This document shows positions 1 to 7,973 of a DNA stretch of 54,612 bases, one piece after another. The position numbers and the translations under genes were made by a program. Positions within the stretch are counted from its first letter, which is position 1; every line of letters starts with the position of its first letter. Under the pieces are notes generated by a model that had not been told where the DNA came from, did no database searches, and worked only from the letters and a program-made list of their open reading frames with translations. Source of the DNA: a virus (taxonomy: Duplodnaviria > Caudoviricetes); the IMG/VR virus record IMGVR_UViG_3300020474_000018, positions 1 to 54,612 of that record. One strand, written 5' to 3'.

Positions 1-1
1 C

Positions 2-142
2 GAGCAAGATAAGTTAAGAGAAGAACTAAAGACAACACTGGCAGAGCTTACTTATGCTAAGTTGGCCGAGATAGATGCCACAATGTCTGATAATGTTGAA
101 AAGGTTTTGGATAGTGTTCCAAATTACATTTTTGTGGGGTAA
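2..142 (+). CDS. C-terminal end of neck protein (T4 gp13-like), truncated by the window start
   Basis: Own translation EQDKLREELKTTLAELTYAKLAEIDATMSDNVEKVLDSVPNYIFVG*; the P..IFVG ending and position before gp14/gp15-like genes fit gp13-like neck proteins. Confidence 0.6.
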   Translation, partial: EQDKLREELKTTLAELTYAKLAEIDATMSDNVEKVLDSVPNYIFVG

Positions 143-147
143 TTTAG

Positions 148-636
148 ATGTCTGATGATAACAAATGGCAACAACCAAACCAGCCTCCACCACCACTTTT
201 CACTGGAAAGAAAGAAAAGGACCTTGTAAAGCAGGTCAACGATGAAATAATTGAGAGAGTGGTGGGGCAGACGATTGTCTACTATCCAGTCAGCTTGGAA
301 CACACTAATTTTCACCATATTTATGGAGAAGCAATAGATAAGAACTTCTTAAACCCAGTTCGTGTCTATGCCATGGTTAAATATGACTCTCAAAACACTA
401 CAACGACCCCACTTGGTGTAGATAGAATAGAAAAGATATCAGTCTTTTTTCACAAAAGAAGATTAACAGAAGATCAAGACCTTTTTGTTAGAGAGGGAGA
501 CTTTATACAATACGGAGAGCATTTTTATGAGATTTTGTCCCTAGTCGAGCCAAAATGGCTGTACGGACAAGTAGATTCAAAATTTGAAATCGGCGCAACG
601 TGCGTAAGAGCCAGAGAGGGACTGTTTAATGCCTAA
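148..636 (+). CDS. Neck/head-closure protein (T4 gp14-like)
   Basis: 162 aa with GQTIVYYP, IYGEA and VREGDFI motifs; synteny between gp13-like and gp15-like genes. Confidence 0.6.
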   Translation: MSDDNKWQQPNQPPPPLFTGKKEKDLVKQVNDEIIERVVGQTIVYYPVSLEHTNFHHIYGEAIDKNFLNPVRVYAMVKYDSQNTTTTPLGVDRIEKISVFFHKRRLTEDQDLFVREGDFIQYGEHFYEILSLVEPKWLYGQVDSKFEIGATCVRAREGLFNA

Positions 637-1873
637 GGTACCAGTAGAAGATAGCTTGGTGAGGAAGGTACATTTTGAGCCTTCTACCGTTGAGACTATA
701 GACAAGTCTATGTTGAACTATTTGCAGGCTCTTGACCTTTTCTCCAACACAAACGAGGGCTGGAAAAAAGTTCCGGTAGTTTGGGGCAGCGCTGAGCGCT
801 CATTTCAGGCAAAAAATGATAAATCAATCAGGGATGCTCAAGGCATGCTGCGCTTACCAATCATAACACTAAGAAGAGTTTCGATGGTAAAAGATATGCA
901 AAGCAAAGGTGTATTTCAGGGTAATATCGCAGAAGAGAAAGATGAGCAGGGTGGCTCTATACCAGTCTCAAGAGTAATATATCAAGAAAAAACATCAAAA
1001 TTTGCTTCTGCTGATTCATTAAGATTACATAAACAGTTAAATTATCCTAGAGAAAATGCTAAAATTGTATACAGAACAATATCGGCACCGATGCCTGTAA
1101 ATGTTACCGTAATGTATGAAGTTACTATAAGGACTGAGTATCAACAACAAATGAACGAACTTATGTTGCCTTTTGTTACAAATCCTGGTACTATAAATTA
1201 TATTAGATTGTTCGAGGGCGAACATAGGTTTGAAGGCTTTATACAAGGCGAGTTTTCCAACAATGATAATGTTTCAGACTTTTCCGCAGACGAAAGAAAA
1301 TTTGAACTAAAGATACCTATAAAAGTGATTGCTTATCTTGTAGGTCAGAAGGACAACAGAGATAAACCTCACTATTCAATTAGAGAGAATGCAGTGGAAG
1401 TAAAGATACCAAGAGAAAGAATCTCGTTAAACGAAGTTCCAGAGCATGAATTCGGTGCTTATTACGGTTTAGCAGGTTTAAATAATTTGGACAAATTTAT
1501 CGTACCAGGTTTTCCAGAACCATTTGTTTTTTCTAATGTACCGGCAGTTGGAGCCAAGTCTTCTGGAGCAACTACAACTGGAGACTCTTCCACTTCCGGA
1601 AACATTGTAACATCAGAAAACTTTAGCGAAACTTTATCTAACAACATGGTTATAAGAGAACAATTAAAGGATGGAGGAACTACACCATCGAACAGAACAC
1701 AATTCACTATTACAGCAGCCACTGTGAGAGCAAATACTGAGTCTTTATATGTTAATGGTATATTGCAAGCTGTCGGCGCTGACAATGATTACACAATAAG
1801 TGGAAATACTATCACTTTTACCTACAATATAGAGGATGAAGACTCTATTTATGTAACATACATTAAATCATAG
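629..1873 (+). CDS. Tail terminator/sheath stabiliser (T4 gp15-like) with an extra C-terminal beta domain
   Basis: 414 aa; KKVPVVWG, LPIITL and PMPVNVTVMYEVTI...QQQMNEL motifs; Ser/Thr/Gly linker then a YVNG-containing domain. Confidence 0.6.
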   Translation: MPKVPVEDSLVRKVHFEPSTVETIDKSMLNYLQALDLFSNTNEGWKKVPVVWGSAERSFQAKNDKSIRDAQGMLRLPIITLRRVSMVKDMQSKGVFQGNIAEEKDEQGGSIPVSRVIYQEKTSKFASADSLRLHKQLNYPRENAKIVYRTISAPMPVNVTVMYEVTIRTEYQQQMNELMLPFVTNPGTINYIRLFEGEHRFEGFIQGEFSNNDNVSDFSADERKFELKIPIKVIAYLVGQKDNRDKPHYSIRENAVEVKIPRERISLNEVPEHEFGAYYGLAGLNNLDKFIVPGFPEPFVFSNVPAVGAKSSGATTTGDSSTSGNIVTSENFSETLSNNMVIREQLKDGGTTPSNRTQFTITAATVRANTESLYVNGILQAVGADNDYTISGNTITFTYNIEDEDSIYVTYIKS

Positions 1874-1902
1874 ACGTTTTACTATTAAGAAAGGAGTTAC
1901 AA

Positions 1903-2226
1903 ATGTCTGAAGAACAAAAACAAGAACAAGAGAAAAATGCACCAAGCACAGAAGAGATTATTGAGCTTGAATGGGAGGAGGTCGAAAATATATTTAATAT
2001 TAGAAATGCATGGCTAGATGCAGACTCTAGATTATCTTCCTTGTTGCTAAATCTAGAAAAGCAAAAGGTTGTCCTTCTTGCCCGCTCACAGGAACTTGAG
2101 GCCCTAATGTACGAAACGGGATCTAATTTGAGAGACCAAAAAGAAATTAGTGACGAAGTTACCTACGAACTCAAGTTACCATCCGCCCCCGGCGAAAAAG
2201 GCTACTTTGTCAGGAAAGATTCTTAG
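1903..2226 (+). CDS. Hypothetical coiled-coil protein
   Basis: 107 aa ORF with AAGGAG RBS upstream. Confidence 0.6.
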   Translation: MSEEQKQEQEKNAPSTEEIIELEWEEVENIFNIRNAWLDADSRLSSLLLNLEKQKVVLLARSQELEALMYETGSNLRDQKEISDEVTYELKLPSAPGEKGYFVRKDS

Positions 2227-2287
2227 TTTATAGCTGCAGCTTACTATTTACTTTTGCATGATAAGTTAAAAAACCGGGGAGAGAATT

Positions 2288-2500
2288 ATGTACACAACAA
2301 GTGACATAGGTATTGCAGCATATCTTCAATTAAGAAAATTTAAACTAGTCGAGTGTAGAAGACTAGAAACTGGAAAGTTTCATTTTGCTTTTGAAGATCC
2401 AAATAGCCAATGTGCTGTTGTTGCGCTAGAATTTTTAGATTCAGACTTTTGTAAATTTGATAACAATGTAAGAAACTTAAAGAAAATTCTATTCTCTTGA
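2288..2500 (+). CDS. Small protein resembling DUF5659
   Basis: 70 aa; N-terminal TTSDIGIAAYL pattern; GGGGAG RBS. Confidence 0.5.
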   Translation: MYTTSDIGIAAYLQLRKFKLVECRRLETGKFHFAFEDPNSQCAVVALEFLDSDFCKFDNNVRNLKKILFS

Positions 2501-2511
2501 CCTAATCAAAA

Positions 2512-2520
2512 ACTAATTAT
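2512..2520 (+). promoter_or_regulatory. Putative late promoter motif ACTAATTAT
   Basis: One of a recurring ACTA(T/A/G)TTAT set; lies upstream of the fibre gene. Confidence 0.45.
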
Positions 2521-2661
2521 AAGCAGACGTTCGTTAGCTTCATTAAAATAACATTTCCTCACATTCTATAACATCCCATATCCTTCTATTTTATAAAATA
2601 ATATTATTTTTTATCCAATAAAATTTATTTTTGTGAAATTCATATATAGGAGGAAAAATAT

Positions 2662-5600
2662 ATGTCTCAATTATATTTGACTGGTGCATTAGCAAGTGCT
2701 GCTTCAGCATCAGTCGTACAGCAGATAAACGGACAGACAACTGGGCATGATAATGCAGATACATTCTATGAAAACTTGTCTCTTGGTTTATCTCCTTCGG
2801 CAGAATATATGTTGGCAACCACGCTGTATGGAACTGGAGCTTTTGATGGCTACGGAGCACCATACCAGCCAGCGCTTTTGGTGTATCAATCATCATCAGC
2901 TTCAGGTTATGGAATTGTAGAAGAAATACACTTAAAAGGCTATTACGATCTTGATAATGGCAACATAAGGTATGACGCCGGCAAAAACCTGACGGCTGCA
3001 CAATTTATTTCCAACACTGAGATTCTGCACGCCGGTGGACAATTAGACCTTGACAATACAGGTCAAGGTGGCACCGAGGCGACCCAAGGATACTTTATGC
3101 AAATTACCGGTTCTGGTAATAGCTGGGGTATTCACAATTATTTGACAGGGAATACCTCGCATACCACCACAGCTCAATCTCGTGGTGTAAATGGTAGTCA
3201 AGCAAATGTAATCGGTCGATTTGGTGTTCAAAGTGGGGGCACACAGATCAAGACAAATAACAGATTCGGCAGCGCTGCACCCACGCGCGCCGCAAGCTTT
3301 TTTGGGTTCATGGACTCGAACGGTGCACCTGAAAACGTGGTAACTTGTTTTCAGTCTTCTTCTGGAGACGGATGGACCTTTCATTCTCAGTTTGGTCCGG
3401 CTGACTTAACAGCACCAGGCGGCAGCGCATTCGGCAACGTCAGCTCACTTTACGTGAAGGATGTTGCTTGGATTTCTGAAACTGAAATGGTAATTATCTA
3501 TCATCACTATGCAACTTCTAATGCCAAATCTCACAGATTAGTTTTAGAATATGTAGACGATGAATGGAGAGTTACTACAACAGGTATTACTATTAACAAC
3601 AACACATATTATCGCCATGAGTTGTCAAACGCCATGGAAAATGAAATACTTCATGGTAGAAGCGGCCACCGTTTCGTAGAGTATGATGATGTCAACGAAA
3701 AAGTCTGGGTTTGGTACACACAGGCCAATGATGTCAATGTGGAACAATATGCATCCGGATCTGGATGGTTGCAAAAGTTCTACCCTACTGGTAACAACAA
3801 TCAATCTCACAGTCCAGATTCAAAGGAGGATTTTGATTATGCCCCTGGTCCTAGCGGTGATGGCCACACTAGAGAGTACGCTTGGGCAAGCTTGAAAAAC
3901 TCCCAAATGTGGGTAGATAGCAATGGAAATATGAGTGCTATCTCTTTATTTGGACCGAGCAGCGACTCGTACCTAAATGACCACTTGTCATCTCTTGTTT
4001 ATGCTGAGTCTGGATCTTCTGGCTTTAATCACTCACTATCAGTGAATAATCCACTTGTGATTCGTTCAGATCAAGTCTTAAATGCAGATACACTATTGTC
4101 TGGCGCTCTGAGCACTCCAGCTGGCGGCATTCCGGTAGCTCAACAATACCCGGGTGGCTTAAATTCGGACGGTGGTGGCCATCAATTTGCATGGAACTCG
4201 TTGTATGGTGGTGATGGTAATACACTAATATACAAAGAAGGTGCTTCTTCGGGTCAAACACCCGGTCGATTGGCAGTTGTTGATCTAAATGCGTTTCCAG
4301 CATCAAATCCAAGTCTTGACGACTCGGTTTCAGAGACTGTTGGCTCATCAGGTGGCACTGTAAGAGCGGGTGGAACTCAAAACTCACCTAAAGTTACAGT
4401 AACAATCCCAGAGAATGCGCTTGGCGCAAATACTTCAATTACTGCAAATGTTGAAGAAAGTAATAATCAGGGCTTGTATGCAATCGATGCCGGTGGTGAT
4501 GAAGCACTGTCTCCGTTGATTAGGTTAACACCACATGGACAAATTTTCAGTTCACCAGTTACAATTTCGTTTAGTTTAGAAGGGTCAGCAGCGGGCACAT
4601 GCCCATCAAATCTACAAATTTGGAAAAGAAACACTGAGACTTCGTCTTGGTATTTATTACCTAGTAATTTGTACAGTTGTTCAAGTGGTACTATTACCGT
4701 TACAACAACTAGATTTAGCGATATGTTAGCAATAGGAGGAAAAAACATGGCTAGAACTAAATTAAATAATATTCAGATCGCCAGATTGGAAGATTCCAAT
4801 ATGGTATTGGCTGAATCACTTAACATTACAGGGTCTGGAGAAAGTTATATTTTAACAACACAAATCCAAGACGACTCTGCTTTTATTATTCAAAGCGGCG
4901 GTTTCGCCGCCCCAGTTTCCGCTTCTGCATTGGCAACATATTTTGCTAGTGAGACAGGCGTAAACATTACAGAGAAGAGTGACAACACTGACTACAGAAT
5001 TGTGTTTGTGGACTCTTCTGACAACACACAGACAGCGCTTCTCGCTGATAGTGATGCTGCACATCTTAAGTACAACCCGAGCAGTAACACTTTAACAGTT
5101 GCTGGGACAGTATCTGGTGGCACGCTCACTGACGGTACCGCTACCATTACTGGTGGTGCAATAGCAGCAGTGACAACCGTTTCGGGGTCTGGTCAATTTT
5201 CGATGTCCCACATCGATCTCGACGGAACTCTTAACGCCGGCGGCAAGGTCACCGTAGTCGGTGTCTCTGATCTAGACGGCGGAATTGACGTCAACGGTTC
5301 AAAGTTCACTGTAAGCACCGCTGGTGCAGTCGTAGCTGACAGTACCGTCTCTGGTGCCGCAGGTACCTTTGACGCCCTTGCTGGTACTTCACTCGCATTA
5401 CAGTCGGGTGGTATAACTGCTGCTGGTGCAATCGCCGGTGCAACTACCATAGCGGCCTCTAGTAATGCTACGATAGAAGGTATCGTTTCTGGTGCAGCCG
5501 GTACCTTTGATGCGCTAGGTGGTACATCACTTGCATTGCAGAATGGTGGTATCACGAACGCTGGTGCAATCGCTGGTGCAACAACCATCGACGCATCAGG

Positions 5601-7842
5601 AGACCTAACAGTTGGCTCCATCACGAATGCAGAATTTACTGTTGATGCAAGTGGTAACACTGATATCGATGGTACTTTGAATGTTGAAGGTGTACCAACT
5701 TTCCAAGCTGGAGCAGTCTTCTCTGCTGGCATCACAACAGCCAATGCAATCGCTGGTGCAACAACCATCTCAGGTTCGGGTGTCATTTCAGGTCTCAGCT
5801 TAGACATCGAAAAAGGCGCAGACTTTAACAACGGTGGCTTGACCAACGCTGGTATCATTTCAGGTGTATCCCAGTTAACAGCTTCGCATGCAAGAGTTAC
5901 AAACCTTGACGTTGTTACAATCAACTCAATAACACAGACAGAAACAACACTTGAAGTGTCTGATAAGCTTATTGTTTCATCACTTTCAGGATCAGCTTCT
6001 GATTCAGATGGTGGTGGTTTACAAATCGGTGGTGGCGCGAATTCAACGGGCCATGCTTCTGTGTTATGGTCTGATGGCGACGATGCTCTCGATTTGAATA
6101 TTGGTAGCTCAACTGTTGCACTCGTCAAAGCTGCAGGCTTTGAAGTAGCAGGTACAGTTTCAGGTTCAGGTCAATTGACAGCACACAATATTTCAGCAGG
6201 CCAAGGAGCCCTGACCGTTTCGCAGCTTGGTATTGTATCTGGTTCGACTTTCTTTGACATGGTTAAAGATAAGCTTCGTATTGATGGCCAGGCAGTTACA
6301 ACAACAGCTGCAGAGCTTAACAAATTAGATGGTGTTACAGCAACAACAACAGAACTTAACTATGTTGATGTCACCACTATTGGTACCGTCGACGCCTCAA
6401 AGGCAGTTGTAGTAAATTCAGATAAGGATGTTACAGGTTTTAGATCCTTAACAGCTTCTGCGAACATTGTTGCCAATGCTTTCTTTGGTGATGGTTCTGG
6501 TCTTTCTGGTGTAGGTGCTCAGGTCGCTGCTACAGACGACTCAACACCTTCTGGCGCAGCAACGCTTCCACTGGTTTTCACCTCTGGTGCAGCTTCGGCA
6601 GCGAACTTATTTGTGGATCCAGGTGAACTTTCATTCAATCCTGGAACGAATGCTCTTTACGTAACAGGTGCACTAACAGCAGGTGGTGCTATAGCAGCTG
6701 AAGGTAATATTTCAACTTCTGGATCCGTTACAGCGGGCAGTGGTGTTGCTGCTAATGGAGCAATATCTGCAGCAACAACTGTTTCTGGCTCTGGTACATT
6801 TTCGATGTCTCACATTGATCTGGATGGAACTCTCAACGCTGGTGGCAAAGTCACTGTAGTTGGTGTTTCTGATCTAGACGGCGGTATTGACGTTAATGGA
6901 TCGAAGTTCACTGTAAGCACCGCTGGTGCGGTCGTAGCTGATAGTACCGTTTCTGGTGCAGCAGGTACCTTTGACGCACTAGCAGGTACATCTCTCGCCC
7001 TTCAGAACGGTGGTATTACAGCTGCAGGTGCCATAGCAGGCGCAACAACCATCGATGCATCTGGCGACTTGACCGTTGGTTCCATCACAAACGCTGAGTT
7101 CACCGTTGATGCAAGTGGTAACACTGACATTGATGGTACTCTAAATGTTGAGGGTGTGCCAACTTTCCAAGCTGGAGCAGTATTCTCTGCTGGAGTTACA
7201 ACTGCAAATGCGATCGCTGGAGCAACAACCATATCAGGTTCAGGGCAGTTGACTGTTCATAACATTTCAGCTGGCCAAGGCGCCGCGACGATTACCCAGA
7301 CTGGTATCGTGTCGAGTTCAACGTTCTTCGATGCGATCAAGGATAAATTGAGAATCGACGGCCAAGCAGTCACAACGACAGCAGCGGAACTTAACATCGT
7401 TGACGGCAACACATCAGCTGCATCGGTTACGCTTGTTAACACTGACGGCGTTGTTGTGAACGATGGAGGTACCATGAAGCAGGCACTTGTAAGTGATTTT
7501 GCGACATACTTAGCGTCTGATGGTTTAACAATTTCTTCAAACAAGATCGTAATTGATTATGTTGAAGATATTGCAACCAAATATCAGAGAGGTTCAATCC
7601 TGACAGCGAACGGACTAACAGCTTCACTGTCTCAAACCCCATTGGATGATTCACTTCAAGTGTATCTCAATGGTATGTTGCTTGTACAGTCCGGGTCTGC
7701 AGAGATAAGCTCCTCTGCCGGTGGCATCGAGGCAATCTTTGACTACAAGTATGTCGATGCCGGTGGTTCGGACCAAACAGTCATCTTTGCCCAGGCTCTC
7801 GATGACGACGATGTTATCCAACTCAAGTACATCAAGAAATAA
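2662..7842 (+). CDS. Large virion fibre-like protein: N-terminal beta-rich region, ZU5 domain, repetitive Gly/Ala/Thr/Ser shaft, C-terminal YLNG domain
   Basis: 1726 aa; AGGAGG RBS at 2648-2653; ZU5 pattern VGSSGG...VTIPENAL...LSPLIRLTPHGQIFSSPVTI; long internal repeats; TAAELN fibre motifs. Confidence 0.7.
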   Translation: MSQLYLTGALASAASASVVQQINGQTTGHDNADTFYENLSLGLSPSAEYMLATTLYGTGAFDGYGAPYQPALLVYQSSSASGYGIVEEIHLKGYYDLDNGNIRYDAGKNLTAAQFISNTEILHAGGQLDLDNTGQGGTEATQGYFMQITGSGNSWGIHNYLTGNTSHTTTAQSRGVNGSQANVIGRFGVQSGGTQIKTNNRFGSAAPTRAASFFGFMDSNGAPENVVTCFQSSSGDGWTFHSQFGPADLTAPGGSAFGNVSSLYVKDVAWISETEMVIIYHHYATSNAKSHRLVLEYVDDEWRVTTTGITINNNTYYRHELSNAMENEILHGRSGHRFVEYDDVNEKVWVWYTQANDVNVEQYASGSGWLQKFYPTGNNNQSHSPDSKEDFDYAPGPSGDGHTREYAWASLKNSQMWVDSNGNMSAISLFGPSSDSYLNDHLSSLVYAESGSSGFNHSLSVNNPLVIRSDQVLNADTLLSGALSTPAGGIPVAQQYPGGLNSDGGGHQFAWNSLYGGDGNTLIYKEGASSGQTPGRLAVVDLNAFPASNPSLDDSVSETVGSSGGTVRAGGTQNSPKVTVTIPENALGANTSITANVEESNNQGLYAIDAGGDEALSPLIRLTPHGQIFSSPVTISFSLEGSAAGTCPSNLQIWKRNTETSSWYLLPSNLYSCSSGTITVTTTRFSDMLAIGGKNMARTKLNNIQIARLEDSNMVLAESLNITGSGESYILTTQIQDDSAFIIQSGGFAAPVSASALATYFASETGVNITEKSDNTDYRIVFVDSSDNTQTALLADSDAAHLKYNPSSNTLTVAGTVSGGTLTDGTATITGGAIAAVTTVSGSGQFSMSHIDLDGTLNAGGKVTVVGVSDLDGGIDVNGSKFTVSTAGAVVADSTVSGAAGTFDALAGTSLALQSGGITAAGAIAGATTIAASSNATIEGIVSGAAGTFDALGGTSLALQNGGITNAGAIAGATTIDASGDLTVGSITNAEFTVDASGNTDIDGTLNVEGVPTFQAGAVFSAGITTANAIAGATTISGSGVISGLSLDIEKGADFNNGGLTNAGIISGVSQLTASHARVTNLDVVTINSITQTETTLEVSDKLIVSSLSGSASDSDGGGLQIGGGANSTGHASVLWSDGDDALDLNIGSSTVALVKAAGFEVAGTVSGSGQLTAHNISAGQGALTVSQLGIVSGSTFFDMVKDKLRIDGQAVTTTAAELNKLDGVTATTTELNYVDVTTIGTVDASKAVVVNSDKDVTGFRSLTASANIVANAFFGDGSGLSGVGAQVAATDDSTPSGAATLPLVFTSGAASAANLFVDPGELSFNPGTNALYVTGALTAGGAIAAEGNISTSGSVTAGSGVAANGAISAATTVSGSGTFSMSHIDLDGTLNAGGKVTVVGVSDLDGGIDVNGSKFTVSTAGAVVADSTVSGAAGTFDALAGTSLALQNGGITAAGAIAGATTIDASGDLTVGSITNAEFTVDASGNTDIDGTLNVEGVPTFQAGAVFSAGVTTANAIAGATTISGSGQLTVHNISAGQGAATITQTGIVSSSTFFDAIKDKLRIDGQAVTTTAAELNIVDGNTSAASVTLVNTDGVVVNDGGTMKQALVSDFATYLASDGLTISSNKIVIDYVEDIATKYQRGSILTANGLTASLSQTPLDDSLQVYLNGMLLVQSGSAEISSSAGGIEAIFDYKYVDAGGSDQTVIFAQALDDDDVIQLKYIKK
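4732..4749 (+). promoter_or_regulatory. Internal in-frame ribosome-binding site and ATG (Met696) in the fibre gene
   Basis: ATAGGAGGAAAAA at 4732-4744 is identical to 2646-2658; ATG at 4747 is in frame, 7 nt after AGGAGG. Confidence 0.65.
5170..5780 (+). repeat. Intragenic repeat copy 1 (modules A, partial A, B)
   Basis: FSMSHIDLDGTLNAGGKVTVVGVSDLDGG... and DASGDLTVGSITNAEFTVDASGNTDIDG... recur at about 6770-7245. Confidence 0.9.
6770..7410 (+). repeat. Intragenic repeat copy 2 (modules A, B, C)
   Basis: Near-identical protein sequence to 5170-5780 and to about 6155-6335 (HNISAGQG...KDKLRIDGQAVTTTAAELN), with many third-position differences. Confidence 0.9.
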
Positions 7843-7866
7843 TAACCTCACCTAACAATCCCACCC

Positions 7867-7896
7867 AGCCCGGTTTTCACCGGGCTTTTCTTTTTC
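7867..7896 (+). terminator. Rho-independent terminator
   Basis: AGCCCGGT-TTTC-ACCGGGCT followed by TTTCTTTTTC, after the fibre gene. Confidence 0.85.
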
Positions 7897-7920
7897 TTGA
7901 TGCCGTTGCTAGAAAGAAAA

Positions 7921-7929
7921 ACTATTTAT
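7921..7929 (+). promoter_or_regulatory. Putative late promoter motif ACTATTTAT
   Basis: Between a terminator and the sheath gene, where a new promoter is needed and no sigma70 pair is evident. Confidence 0.55.
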
Positions 7930-7973
7930 TAAGTAAAATAACATTTACTTTCGTTGTTTAAGGAGATAATAGT

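Noticed and set aside
5193-6128. 311-aa minus-strand ORF and the many other antisense or nested ORFs in the track
   Set aside because: Shadows of codon bias in real + strand genes; no RBS or recognisable motifs
5170-7410. Diversity-generating retroelement template/variable repeat pair
   Set aside because: Differences are synonymous third-position changes, not adenine-specific; both copies are in one ORF; no reverse transcriptase in the window
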